Positions 50,890-64,000 of a DNA stretch of 64,000 bases are shown one piece after another. Origin of the DNA: Octopus bimaculoides (lineage: Eukaryota); contig NC_068991.1 of NCBI RefSeq assembly GCF_001194135.2, positions 43,447,349-43,511,348 of the forward strand, written 5' to 3'. Both the position numbers and the translations under genes were made by a program. Position 1 is the stretch's first letter. Each line of letters opens with the position of its first letter. The notes beneath the pieces are model-generated. The model was given only the letters and a program-made list of their open reading frames with translations, was not told the origin of the DNA and did no database searches.

Positions 50890-52090
50890 TCATCATCATC
50901 ATTATCATCGTTTAACATCCGCTTTCCATGCTAGCATGGGTTGGACGATTTGACTGGGGACTGGTGAACCAGATGGCTACACCAGGCTCCAGTCTGATTT
51001 GGCAGTGTTTCTACAGCTGGATGCCCTTCCTAACGCCAACCACTCCGAGAGTGTAGTGGGTGCTTTTACGTGCCACCGGCACAAAGGCCAGTCTGGCAGT
51101 AATGGCAACGGCCATGCGCAAAATGGTGTATTTAATGTGCCACTGCACAGGAGCCAGTCCGGCAGCACTGGCAACGATCTCGCTCGAATGTCTTTACATG
51201 TGCCACCGGCACAAGTGCCAGGAAGGTGATGCTGGGCACAGGTGCCATCACGATTTCACTTTCGCTTGCCCCNNNNNNNNNNNNNNNNNNNNNNNNNNNN
51301 NNNNNNNNNNNNNNNNNNNNNNNNNNNNNNNNNNNNNNNNNNNNNNNNNNNNNNNNNNNNNNNNNNNNNNNNNNNNNNNNNNNNNNNNNNNNNNNNNNNN
51401 NNNNNNNNNNNNNNNNNNNNNNNNNNNNNNNNNNNNNNNNNNNNNNNNNNNNNNNNNNNNNNNNNNNNNNNNNNNNNNNNNNNNNNNNNNNNNNNNNNNN
51501 NNNNNNNNNNNNNNNNNNNNNNNNNNNNNNNNNNNNNNNNNNNNNNNNNNNNNNNNNNNNNNNNNNNNNNNNNNNNNNNNNNNNNNNNNNNNNNNNNNNN
51601 NNNNNNNNNNNNNNNNNNNNNNNNNNNNNNNNNNNNNNNNNNNNNNNNNNNNNNNNNNNNNNNNNNNNNNNNNNNNNNNNNNNNNNNNNNNNNNNNNNNN
51701 NNNNNNNNNNNNNNNNACCACAACTGATGCTTCTTAAGTTCAACTTTTCTCTCAAGGTTCTTACACTTTGTCTAGTATGCACACTGACATTACACATCCA
51801 TCGGAGCATACTGGCTTCATTCCTTGCGAGTTTACGCATGTCCTCAGCAGTCACGGCCCATGTTTCACTGCCATGAAGCATGGCTGTTCGTACACATGCA
51901 TCATACAGTCTGCCTTTTACTCTGAGTGAGAGGCCCCTTGTCACCAGCAGAGGTAAGAGCTCTCTGAACTTTGCCCAGGCTATTCTTATTCTGGCAGCTA
52001 CACTTTCAGCACACTACTAACTTGGTCACCCAGATAGCGGAAGCTATCAACTAAGTCTAGTTTTTCTCCCTGGAATGTGGTCAAAGTTCT
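50890..52090 (-). mobile_element. RTE LINE 3' portion spanning gap 51273-51716
   Basis: TRGLSLRVKGRLYDACVRTAMLHGSETWAVTAEDMRKLARNEASMLRWMCNV, plus the family 3' tail. Confidence 0.9.
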
Positions 52091-52629
52091 TTTCTGCACA
52101 CACACATGCATACAGATATATACTATATAAACTATAAATATAGATATTATTCTATTCGTATTTTTACCCTCATTCATTTTGAAAGTTCAAAACCTTAATT
52201 TATTTATTCATTTATCATGAACTATTTCTGTATAGAATTATTTTGTTTTTAATCCATAGTTCAACTTGCTAATGTGTAAAATAAATGTGTTTAGTTAATT
52301 TATCTTTTATTTGTTGACATTATAAGTATAGTAGATGCTGACCCAGACAACACTTGGACCTGATGATTCACAGTATTTTAAAGCTTTATTGTTTTAAATT
52401 CAAATTGTGTCAGCATTGATTTCACTCTCTCAGTGGAATGAAATAATACTGGTATATGAGTTAATATATACCAGTAATTGAATTGACTATGCTCTTACTT
52501 GCCTCCATAAGCAAGGCATTGTGTGAAACATAGAAATCACTATTAATGCTTTTCTGCTGATGCTGATGCTGGTTGTTGTAGTTGCTAATATGTGTTGTGA
52601 TATTTCTTCTGGCTCTTTATGTTCTGATT

Positions 52630-52767
52630 TTAAATCCTGCTCAGGTCAACTTTACCTTTTATTCTTCTGGTGTTGCTAAAACAAAATACCAATTAAATAT
52701 TGGTGTTGATGTAATCAACTTAACCTCCTTCCCTAAAGTTGTTGGCTTTGTGCCAAAATTTGAAACC

Positions 52768-52832
<65 letters not shown>

Positions 52833-52850
52833 TATCATTATTATTAGTAC
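52630..52850 (+). mobile_element. SINE family D 3' part with (ACC)(ATC)(ATT)n tail
   Basis: ggctttgtgccaaaatttgaaacc terminus shared with the 33042 copy. Confidence 0.7.
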
Positions 52851-52859
52851 CATTCATAT

Positions 52860-55800
52860 ACACTCAACAGATTAGACTGTTGGAAAAGGAAAGAATCCTA
52901 ACATCAGGCCACAACAAGTAGACTTAGATGCCAAGAACACTCCTAAGTGTTCTAGCTGTCCCTAACAACACTGTTTTCTGCAGCTGTACTAAACTGGCTT
53001 TTATGCCTATTTCCTTTATCCATCTGTTCAAATCTTTAGGGATAGTTCCCAATGTACCTATAACTACTAGGATACATTTTACCCGCACTTTCCATAGTCT
53101 CTGCAATTCAATAGCTAGGGTCTGGTACTTTGGTATTTTTTCTATACTTCTCATGTTAATTTTTTCATCATTTAGGATTGTAAAGTCAATTATCTGGCAC
53201 TTCCTATTCTCTTTATCTACTACTACCAAATCAGGCCTTCTGGCTTCTATTACTATATCAGTCTGAATGTTAAAGTCCCACAACATCTTGTATTTCTTAC
53301 TTTCTAGTACTTTACTAGGTTCATGTTCATACTATTTATCAGTATGTTCAAATCCTACCTTTCTACATAGCTCCAAATGGATTCCTCTCCCTAGATTGTC
53401 ATGTCTTTTCTTGTATTCTTTCTGTGCCAGCATGCTACATTAACTTACTGTATGAGTAACACTTACTTCTTTTGACTTGCATAATCTACATTGGGAATCT
53501 ACTTGGTTTTTGTCTATCTTGGCTTTCATCCAATTAGACCTTAGTGCTTGATCTTGAGCAGTTACTAACAAACTTTCTGTCTCCCACTTCAGCTTTCCTT
53601 TCTGCAGTCATAACCATGTCTCACTACTACTATTTGCTGAAACTATCTTTGGGAATCTACCATGTAACACCTTCTCCTGTCAGTCAGATAATTTCTGGGG
53701 TATTTTTTTTTCTGGCTTTTAAGTTCATTTGGTATTTTGGTTTCCCTATGTCTTGCTGTGACTCTACCAGCTTTTAATAAATTTTCTTCACTATTACCTA
53801 CATAGGAGTCTATATCTACTCTAGCTAACTCCACACAGTCTTCTACTGATATTAACCCTCTTTCACCTTCCTTTCTAGGTAGGTATAATATTGCTACACC
53901 TTCCCTTGAGTGGAGACCTCCATTCATATTGAATTCCTTCCTAGTTCTTCTGTTTAGCTTTGCTAATTCAGTTTTTGTCCAATCTACAAAAGCTGCTGAG
54001 TATCTAAGTAATGATTCTGCCCAAGTATTTGCAGCCTTCACTATATTCAGATCATTTAACTTTGACTTCATTAGCTTCCTCACCCTTCTGATGTACTCCT
54101 CAATCTTTGTTTTCATTTCTGTAGTTAGTACACTGTCAGATTCCGATACTCCTAGATACTTATAACTCTCTCCTCCTTTCAATGATTTTAATGTTTGGCT
54201 GTCTGGTAGTTGGATGCCTTTGCTGTTGACTACCTGTCCCCTTCTCATGACTAATATTGCACACTTATCTATGTCAAATCCACGTCTATATCTTTGCTGA
54301 AGAGTTTTACAGTCTGTATTAAGGAATCTATCTCTTTTTCATTCTTACTAAAAAATTTCAGATCATCCATGTAGATCAAATGGTTAATTTTTCCATTACT
54401 ATTTCTGAACTGATACCCTGTCTTTGCTTTCTTTAATACTAAACTGAGGGGTATCAAACATAAGGCTAATATTAAAGGGGCAACGAGTCCCCCTGGAAAA
54501 TTCCTCTCTTGATATTAACTTTCCCTAAGAGTGTGTCACCTGAGTAGAGATCAACTTGTCATTTCTTCATGCTAAAGCTAATTAATTCTCTTATGTTGTC
54601 TACTATACTGAATATACTCAAACATTCACTTATCCATGAGTGTTGGATCATGTCATAGGCTTTCCTATAATCTGTTCTAGCTTTTACTTCTTTTAGAACT
54701 GCTTTGTCTATATATAATGGATAATGCATTCCTCTAGCCTTCCTGCAACCTTTCTGTTCTTCTGGTATAAATTTGGTTGTTAAGGTGCTCATAAATGCTT
54801 TCTGAAAGCATTCCTGTTAACAGCTTCTACACTAATGGTAAGCAAGTGATTGGCTTATCATTACTAGCTATATTACCCTTGCTCTTATCCTCCATAATGA
54901 GTATTGTCCTCCCTCTACTCATCCAGTCAGGTATTATTCCTCCATTAAGGCAATTCTGAAGTTGTTTCCTCAACCTCCCCTGTAAACTACTGAATTTCTT
55001 TAGCCAGTACCCTTGAACTAAATCTGGTCCTGGGCCCTTCCAATTCAGCATTTTTCCTAACACTTTACTCATTAATGCATTAGTTAATCTTAGATTTGGC
55101 TTCTCACTCACTACTTCTTCCCCACCTTTCTTTAACCATACTACATTTCCATTATGATTGACTGGTTGATCCCAGATATCACTCCAGAACTTTCTAGCTT
55201 CCTCTGCATCAGGTTTCTCATCTTCAGTTCTTCATTCAGTACTATTTATTCAGTTATAAAATCTCTTTTGGTCTGTCTCAAATAGTCTATTCTGTTGATA
55301 CTGATCTATTCTTTTCTGATATCTGGAGAGCTTGCCTGCTACTACTATGATACACTGTTTCAACTCTTCTATTGCTGTCCCAAATCCTTTCTCTTTGACT
55401 AAGTATATTTCCTCAAGGCAAGATTTACATCTTGTGTTTCCTAACTTGTTTGTTTTCCAGGCTTCTTTTCTACTTAGATCTTGTCTTAAAGTCTTCACTT
55501 TATTTTGTAGTCTCCTTTTTGCACATTTGCTCTTTTTAAATCTTTTCCTGTGAGGTATCTAATGTTCTGGTGACTACTACCTCTCCTGCATAGATCAATA
55601 AGTTAGTGTCTTCTATATCTTTAGCATCTATCCTATTGGTAACAGAATCTACTTTCCTAATCATTTCTTGCAGCTTCCTTCTGTTGCTGCCTTTTAATGT
55701 CAGCAATCTTTTTCTTACTTCTTTACTCATTACTTCCTGCAACTCATCTAAAATCTTCTGATCTTCCTCACTTAAATCACTTAAGTCATTGGTGCCAGTT

Positions 55801-56340
55801 GTCCCTTCCTTATTGATAGCACTATTATTATTTTTTCCTTTAGGCTCTTCTTTGATTTGATCTGTATCTCTTGTGTTGTTGTTGTTTGTCTTTCCCACTG
55901 CCTGGTCTTTCTTTTCCAGTTCTCTGGTTATCTCTTCTACCTCCAATTCTGTCATCCACTTTCTTCTCCGAATAGTATTAGCTTGATCAACTAATCTCTG
56001 CTCAGTCACTTTGAACATGCCCTTCTCTACCCAAAGTGTTAACATCCATTTTCTATAACCCCTTCTTTTAGGTTCATTTTCTAAGTAGCACTGTATCACT
56101 ATCCTGTTTTCTTTGCTGGCCTACTTTCTTCTCCTTGCTCTATTATCTGCTGATGCTGTATTAGGATGACAGCTGTGGTCAGTCTGCATCTTTACTGATT
56201 CACTGCCAAGCGAGAGGCCTTCCCTTAAAGGTCCAGTTTCATTTTTGCTGTTAAAACCAGTCATTTGGAAACTCCTGTCTCTCATAAACTGAGGTAAGGT
56301 AACATTTGTCACCATCGTCATCACCATTATTTCTCGACAT
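52860..56340 (-). mobile_element. R4/Dong-clade non-LTR retrotransposon (RT, CCHC finger, restriction-like endonuclease), decayed
   Basis: N-terminal QCYLENEPKRRGYRK...EQRLVDQANTIRRRKW; GPGPDLVQGYWLK; DYRKAYDMIQHSW; RGIFQG; INHLIYMDDLK; YKYLG; CRLCKSKEVSVTHTVS*C; WDFNIQTD...RPDLVVVDK...IID...EKIPKY (PD..D..K RLE). Confidence 0.9.
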
Positions 56341-56703
56341 CTGAAAGTTTCAAGCAACTTTCTATTACATCATTTGTTGCATCTTTGTGCTCATGGGGTG
56401 GTATGTGCAGCATTTTCGGGGGGGGGGATATTGTACGTTTTGTTGTGGGGTTTTGAGTCTTCTGTTGTATTAGTTTTTAAATTGTGTGTTGTTTGTGTAG
56501 TGCAGGTTGTGTTCTTCTGTCAGGTATCAGCCTTTTATGGCACATGTTGTGGGTATTGCTCATTTTGTTGGGTATTTACAGTATGAGTTTATTCTTGTAT
56601 GTTTTTGGAGGGTTGTTGCATAGTAGTGTGCGTGCATAACTCCTAAATCAACTATTTTATAGTAATTATGATTATCCATCTGCTGTTGTTTTGCTTGGTT
56701 TTG

Positions 56704-56705
<2 letters not shown>

Positions 56706-56789
<84 letters not shown>

Positions 56790-56802
56790 CATCATCATCA
56801 TC

Positions 56803-56856
<54 letters not shown>

Positions 56857-56857
56857 G
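56706..56857. repeat. (ATT)n/(ATC)n trinucleotide microsatellite
   Basis: Seen directly. Confidence 0.95.
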
Positions 56858-57183
56858 AGAGAGCAATGCATGCTGTCAAAGTGACACTGGGGTAAAATAT
56901 ATACGAAGCCCAATATACTCATCATGACTGCCCGTCTGATAAGGGTACACCAGGTACATACATCACAACCATATGTGTGTGACATGGTTATTTCATATCA
57001 AGATAAACAGTAAATGACCTTGCAGGTGGGACCCATTAAGAATTTTCTTCAGGTTGAGTAGCCAATCCCATTCTAAAGGTCTCTGAATAAACTTTGTTTA
57101 AGGATGATGAACAAAACATCCATGTAGATAGATGGATGGATGGATGGATAGATGGATGGATGGGTGGATGGATGGATGGATAG

Positions 57184-57222
<39 letters not shown>

Positions 57223-57232
57223 NNNNNNNNNN

Positions 57233-57495
57233 ACTTTTGCCCGCGCAGGTGGCACGTAAAATACACCATTTCAAACGTGGCCGTTGCCAGTACCTCCTGA
57301 CTGGCCTTCGTGCTGGTGGCACGTAAAAGCACCCACTACACTCTCGAAGTTGTTGGCGTTAGGAAGGGCATTCAGCTGTAGAAACTCTGCCAAATCAGAT
57401 TGGAGCCTGGTGTAGCCATCTGGTTCACCAGTCCTTAGTCAAATCATCCAACCCATGCTAGCATGGAAAGTGGACATTAAACGATGATGATGATT
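57233..57495 (+). mobile_element. RTE LINE 3' tail
   Basis: ggcacgtaaaagcacccactacactc...catggaaagtggacattaaacgatgatgatg. Confidence 0.85.
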
Positions 57496-57789
57496 AAAGA
57501 TGTACATATTGTCAGCCACTAAAGGACATGCTCAACTGGTTAAGGCCAAGCAACTAACAAGAAAATTTGTGGTACTGGGCTGAATATTTGCTGTAGACCA
57601 CCTTTTATACCAAGACAAAACATGTACATGATAACACTTCCAATCAGGTAAGATCAGAAGCCATGAAAACCACTGCCTGGTACTGAATCAGGGCATTTAT
57701 TATTATTATTGTTGTTGTTGTTGTTGTTGTTGTTATTATTATTGAGTGAGAAAACATTATACACAACATTACTGGGAAAGCAAGGTTGA

Positions 57790-57970
57790 AATATCCAGCA
57801 ATCTTCTTCTCTAGAAACCCACACATACAGGATTTGGCAGACCAAGAAGAGCATATATCAATCAACTTGTCAATGACATTGGATATCAAGTTGAGGATAT
57901 GAGGACTACTATGGGAGACCAGGACATCTGGCATGGAAGAGTTGCATTGGCCAGAGAAAGTTGCCCAACC
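57790..57970 (+). mobile_element. RTE-like LINE C-terminal remnant
   Basis: GRPRRAYINQLVNDIGYQVEDMRTTMGDQDIWHGRV resembles the GRP...DR..WR tail motif. Confidence 0.55.
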
Positions 57971-59106
57971 AGATTAGCATATAGATTGATGGATGGAACA
58001 CCACTTATCACAAATAACATTTCCTTGAAAATCTTGTTCTTTATTTCCAACAATTTGTTGAATTGGATGGACAAATTTCAATATTCTGTTACAAATGAGA
58101 ACTTTTAATCTAGGATCTGGCCACCAATTTATCATTTACCTGGTCATTTGCTCTTTATTGTCAAGTATTAACTGGAAGGATGAACATTATCCAGATGGTT
58201 AATCATGACCCAAGTAGTTAACAGCCATGAACCCCATATAGTTGCGAACCAAAATTTTATAAACACAAATCCTCCACTTATTGGGTAGAAGGCTACTAGA
58301 AAAAGGGTATATTCAGCAATAGAAATATCCACATCAAATATCAAGCTAGCATGATTCTCCATGTTTTAAACACTCCTTTTCCCCAATGAAAAACTAAATT
58401 GATCCTGGCAAGACCTAAACTTTTATTCTACCTATTCTAAAATGCTTTTATCACTATGAAATGACTGTAGAAATGTTTTATAGTAAATTGCATTGGGTTG
58501 TTGATGTACTACAGAAGATTGTAGTCATGTAAGTAGAAATGACCTAATAGAGTTCTTCCTTCTTCATACTGTACTCATGGAGGTATTGAAGCTACGGAGA
58601 TAGCAAACCAATGGAGGTGTTTAAACTCATCACTGAGTTCAAAATACTTTCAATTCACAACCTATTAAGTTAGACATGGGAGAACATGTGTAGTTGTGAG
58701 CTGACATAGACACCCTCTCAATTTCCCATTCTTTGACTTGATAACACATCCAGGATACGACAGCTGGAGGTGGAGAGGGCTGCAGCAGCACTCTGCTAGT
58801 ACTCATTTTCAGATGAATTGACTAGAGCAATATGAAATAGAGTGCCCTGCTGAAAGATACAATGTGCTACCTGGTCTAAGAATTGAATCCACAAGATAAT
58901 GCTCATGAACCAAACATCCTGCTAGGCTACATACTTTCACAACAAATCTGATGACTTGTACAATATAAATGAAATCAAATAGATTTAACCAAGAATCAAC
59001 ACTAGCTTATAATCATAGCTTACTTAAGGCTTACATTACTTGCCATCAAAGTCTCTTGAGTTAGAGATACTGACTAACTATGCTTACTATTAGAATAAAG
59101 TTAAAC

Positions 59107-59159
<53 letters not shown>

Positions 59160-59689
59160 GATTTATAAGTCTCTTGCTTTGTGACTCTTATATTGTTAAC
59201 TTTGGTCTTGAGATTTGTCTCTTTAAACTAATTTGACCACTTGAATGATAAAAAAGCTACAAATCCAGAAGCGTGCTTTAGTATGTAAATGTTGTATCAG
59301 GGTCAAGAAACACTTCATAGAGAAAACAAAGAAATTCAAACAATGTTTTAAAGCAACAGGATATACATGATACAGAGACTTATCAGATTAATTTTACTGA
59401 TTTCTAGAATACAATTCATTCTCTCATTTCAAAGTTTCCATAATTTATAGAAAATGAAGACACCACTCAAGCAAACATTTACATGTCTAACAGTAAATAA
59501 ATGGTTTTACTGACCCTCTCATTTAGTCACTTAATCTTGAAAATATGTCTTAACTGTCAGAGCAACCAAACAAACAAACATTGTGACTATAAATTAATCT
59601 TTTTAGTTGTATATATTGCATTTTTTTTTCTTTTGGTATAATTATTTTCTTTTTGTTTTAATTTTAAGTATATGACTGCTGAAGGTGAT

Positions 59690-60200
59690 CATGTATCAGG
59701 TCATTAAGAATGAAATATCCAATTTCGAAATGCAAGTTTATTTTGCTGTATCTCAACAAAAAGCAATGCATCTAAATTACCAACACAGTTTTGCTATTTT
59801 ATCAGTAGCTTATTTATGCTGGCAGCGAAGAATTCTGGAGAGCAAGAGGTGATGAAAACATGAAAGGCTGTTTTTGCATCTTCTTCAGATTTGAAGTTTT
59901 TTCCTTGTAAAAAGTTGTCTAATGCCTGGAAAACATGGTAGTCAGTTGGTTCAAGGTCTGGTGAATATGGTGGATGACAGAGTACTGCCAAGTTCAGTTC
60001 CTGTAACTTGAGTAGCGTTCTTTGTGCAACATGTGGTCGAGTATTGTTTTGCAAGAGAATTGGCCTGTCTCTATTGACCAATCTCAGTTGTTTAATTGTC
60101 AGTTCATTCATCATTTCATCCAACTGGTTGATGTATACATCATTGCTCAGTTTTATTTCAAGATCTCTTGACAATAGAGAAAGAGCCAGTTTCTAACTTA
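59690..60200 (-). mobile_element. Mariner (DD34D) transposase 3' fragment
   Basis: ILLQNNTRPHVAQRT...HPPYSPDLEPTDYHVFQALDNFLQGKNF. Confidence 0.9.
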
Positions 60201-60655
60201 GATCCAAGGCTCCTTCGTTGGAATTTCAACATCAACGACAGGGTATTTTTGTTTGTATGTATGTATATGTGCAGATCTGTATGATTTATTTTATGTATGT
60301 ATTCTCATGCATATAGTTGCATATCTAGACATGCTCATATATATTTAAATTATAAACTTCTGGAAAGTTTTACAAATTTTTACAGTTCCAGTGATGGATT
60401 GGATCTGTGGTCTTCGAATTAGCTTTCTCCTTTCTGCTTTTTAGAAGCCTAATTTCTCAAAATTTGTATTTAGGCAGCGTGTTACATATCTCAGGACCCC
60501 AATAATTACAGGCATGTATTACATGTGTATGTATGTATGTATGTACGTATGTATGTATGTATATTTGTGTAGATATATATACTTGCATTAGTGCATGTAA
60601 ATGTGAGTACATATATCTGTTTGCATATATGCTGTATATATATGTGTGTGTGTAT

Positions 60656-61056
60656 TACTCTTTTACTTGTTTCAGTCATTTGACTGCGGCCATGCTGGAA
60701 CACCACCTTTAGTTGAGGAAATCGACCCCAGGACTTATTCTTTGGAAGCCTAGTACTTATTCTATCAGTCTCTTTTGCCGAACCACTAAGTTATGGGGAC
60801 GTAAACACACCACCATCAGTTGCCAAGCAATGTTGGGGGGACAAACACAGACACACAAACATATACACACACATACATATATATACATATATACGACGGG
60901 CTTCTTTCAGTTTCCATCTGCCAAATCCACTCACAAGGCTTTGGTCAGCCCGAGGCTATAGTAGAAGACACTTGCCCAAGATGCCACTCAGTGGGAATGA
61001 ACTTGGAGCCATGTGGTTGGTAAGCAAGCTACTTACCACATAGCTACTCCTGCGCC

Positions 61057-61057
<1 letters not shown>
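60656..61057 (-). mobile_element. SINE family A copy, full length
   Basis: Reverse complement of 458-857. Confidence 0.9.
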
Positions 61058-61109
<52 letters not shown>

Positions 61110-62359
61110 ATTCTAATTTGTGTTTATGCAAGTATTTATGTGTGTTCATTCATATGCACATTGATTCTTTTTTTTCCCTTTTATTGTTGCCAATGGGGCA
61201 GGATGAACAACAATTTTCTCCTAAAAGTCATATATTAACCTTAAGATATCATTTATATGAATATGTGTGCGTAATGGCAGGCACTTATGTATATGTTTAT
61301 GTGTGAGTTTGTAGCAGACTGTTACCAAACTACTCTAGCTAAAGTGAAATGAGAATATATAAAGAATGTGTGTGTCTATGTGTAACTCAGGTGTGTATGC
61401 ATGCATATAACAGTGCATGCATATGTAGATATGGATTAGAATAAGTATATTTTGTGTTAATCTGTGTACTTGTTAATATAACTGTGTGCAGGCTGTATGT
61501 AAGTGGTCACCTTGTTCTCTGTGTGTTTGGAGGGAGGGAGGGAGATAATGGCTTTGTCTATAATAAAATAGTATTTGTATGTATATGTATAGGTTATGTG
61601 ACAAGTGTTAAAGGTAGCAATGCAGGTGAAAGTAGTGAAACAAAGAAAGAAAGCCACTCATTGTAATATTAACATAAAAATGTCAAAGATTAGAAAGAAA
61701 AAGAAAATTAAAAGAGAAAGGGAGAGTGAGAATAAGATAGAAAGAGGGAAGAAGAGGAGGTAAAGAAAGTAAAAGCCTGGCAGCTGGTGGAGTAAGGGTG
61801 AAAGTGAATAAAAATGCAAAACAAGAGAGGTGGGAGGAAGAGAAAGAAAGGAAAAGATAGGATAGTTGAAAGAAATAGAAAGAGAGAAGTATAGAGTAAG
61901 AAATACATAAAAGAGAATAACTGAGAAAAATAGAATATAAGGGTTTAAAAGGTAACAGTAACATAGAGAAAAGGAAAGAAATAAGGAGAGAGAGAGAGAG
62001 AGAGAGAGGGAAAGAACTGAGAACAAGAAAGAAACAAAATATACAAAACAAAGAGAAAAATGAAAAATAAACCAAGTTTGGGAATAAAACATACCTGTTC
62101 TTATATGGAACCTCTTGTCTAAAACTGGTGGGGACAGTTGTCTGTGACTAAGAGTAGTGTCAAGTAGATAAAGCAGTAGCACCAGTAAGAGTGGGGTCAA
62201 ATAGAAAGTCCAGTTTTTAAGTGTGTGTGCATTTGTATACAACACAGACATAGACAGACAGACAGACACAGACACACACACACACACAGACACGCATACA
62301 CACACACGCATATACACACACATGTATAAGTGTGCATTTATGATTTTTTTTGTCTTTTA

Positions 62360-62770
62360 TTTTTTTCAGTCATTTGACTGTGGCCATGCTGGGGTTCCAC
62401 CTTGAAGGACTTTAGTCAAACAAATCAACCCCAAGACTTATCTTTTAAGTCAAGTACTTATTCTACCTCCACTACTGATTTGGTCACCTAGGTAATAGAA
62501 GCTATCAACTACTTCTAGTTTTATCCCCTGGCATTTGATGGATCTATTTTCTGTACATTTGTAGTGTTTATTGTACCTGTAAATCTGTCACACACAAAGA
62601 CTACTTTTCCCTGTTAACCTTCCACTGATATTGTTGCACCTCTTATGTGTCCAAAGCTTGCACTGGGTACATCTTATGGAGTTTCTACCTATGCCTTTTC
62701 TACAGATTGACCAGAGCTGTCTACCTGAAGGGATTTGTGATTTGTCCACTCTCCTACTTACTAAGGCTTT
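62360..62770 (-). mobile_element. SINE A tail fragment (62360-62462) abutting an RTE RT fragment (62465-62770)
   Basis: The RT part aligns to 42440-42730 and 45700-46000. Confidence 0.75.
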
Positions 62771-63026
62771 GGTTTATATATATACATTATGTGTGCATGT
62801 ATAAGCATGTGTGTGTGTGTGTGTTGTCCTCCATGCCACCACCACTTGACAACTGGTGTTCATTTGTTTACATCCCACTAACAGCAATTCAGCAAAAGAG
62901 TACAATAGAGTTTAAATAAAAAAACAAACAACTAAGGTCAATTTATTTGATTAAAATCCCTTCAAGGCAGCATCCCAGCACGAATCACTGACTCATGTAA
63001 AAGAAAAAAGATAAAAAGATAAAAGA

Positions 63027-63173
63027 AGCATAGCTGTGTGGTAAGACGTTTGCTTCCCAATCACATGGTTCTGGGTTCAGTCCCACTGCATGACACCTTG
63101 GGCAAGTACTATAACCTTGAGCTGACCAAAGCCTTGTGAGTGGATTTGGTAGAAGGAAACTGAAAGAAGCTTG

Positions 63174-63210
<37 letters not shown>

Positions 63211-63382
63211 GGGAATGGAGCAACAAATACAAGAAGAAGCAATTTTGTTGGGCTAGTTAGCCGTTGTTTTATTATGTGGAGGTTATGTAATGAGTCATTG
63301 TGAATGTTATGTAATTAAACATCTCCTGGTTGCTTGGATGCTTCAGACTACCCCTGAAGGATTGAGGCAAGCCTATCATTTA

Positions 63383-63458
<76 letters not shown>

Positions 63459-63710
63459 TATATATATACATACATATATGTATGTGTACGTGTCTTTGTG
63501 TCGATGTTTGCCCCACACCATCACTTAACAGCCAATGCTGGTATGTTTACATCCCCATAACTTAGCAGTTCAGCAAAAGAGAGCAATAGAATAAGTACCA
63601 GGCTTACAAAGAATAAAGCCCTGGGGTCAATTTCTTCAGCTAAAACCCTTTAAGGTGGTGCTCCAGCATGGCCGCAGTCAAATGATTGAAACAAGTAAAA
63701 GACTAAAAGA
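63027..63710 (+). mobile_element. SINE family A with a ~180-bp insert inside its (TA)n centre; preceded by a SINE tail fragment at 62820-63010
   Basis: Head 63027-63175, (TA)n, unrelated 63207-63385, (TA)n, tail 63480-63710. Confidence 0.8.
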
Positions 63711-63742
63711 ATATATATATATATATATATTCATACATACTT

Positions 63743-64000
63743 AATAAAGAGAATGAATGGGAGAAAGAGAGCCTGCCGTATGTCGACCCAATAGAGGGAC
63801 CAGCTATCCGAGTTGATAGTACCAGGGTAGATAAAGCAATTAAGAGTATGAAGACCGGGAAAGCCCCCGGCCCATCAGGAATCACTGCAGAGATGCTCAA
63901 AATATCTGGCAGTGTTGGCTATAGCCTAGTCACCCGTATTACGAACCAGGTGATACACGAAGGAGTCATACCCAATGACTGGTGTAGCAGCATAATAGTC
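63743..64000 (+). mobile_element. Young 5'-truncated RTE-type LINE, open RT N-terminal frame running off the window
   Basis: 86 uninterrupted codons: NKENEWEKESLP...VDKAIKSMKTGKAPGPSGITAEMLK...IPNDWCSSIIV; CpGs retained; follows (TA)n. Confidence 0.85.

Noticed and set aside
61658-62323. 221-aa hydrophobic minus-strand ORF
   Set aside because: Reverse translation of a GA-rich purine tract and CA/GA microsatellites.

Overview
AT-rich, repeat-dense eukaryotic genomic DNA with eight N gaps. The SINE/LINE repertoire and TA/CA/GATA microsatellites look like an octopod cephalopod (Octopus-like); that assignment is inferred, not checked. The one host-gene piece I can support is the first coding exon of a Girdin/Daple (CCDC88, Hook-related) gene on the minus strand at 34432-34482 (MASPPEECFMQSPLVIW followed by gtaagt). 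It sits in a CpG-retaining domain of about 9 kb (31.7-40.9 kb). Bases 1-34431 appear to be its long first coding intron; I could not find exon 2. Everything else is transposon-derived: many tRNA-headed SINEs, several RTE-type LINE fragments, two Penelope-like (GIY-YIG) fragments, a nearly complete R4/Dong-type RLE retrotransposon, mariner and hAT remnants, MITE-like foldbacks, and mini- and microsatellites. Most notable: (1) a Penelope 3' end joined to a tRNA-type Pol III promoter and a hammerhead-ribozyme core; (2) an RTE family with a PHD-finger-like C4HC3 module inside its reverse transcriptase; (3) a Girdin 5' leader with clustered uORFs and a stem-loop; (4) an R4/Dong element flanked on both sides by TAA-type repeats. 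Most ORFs in the supplied track are spurious. Repeat boundaries are approximate.
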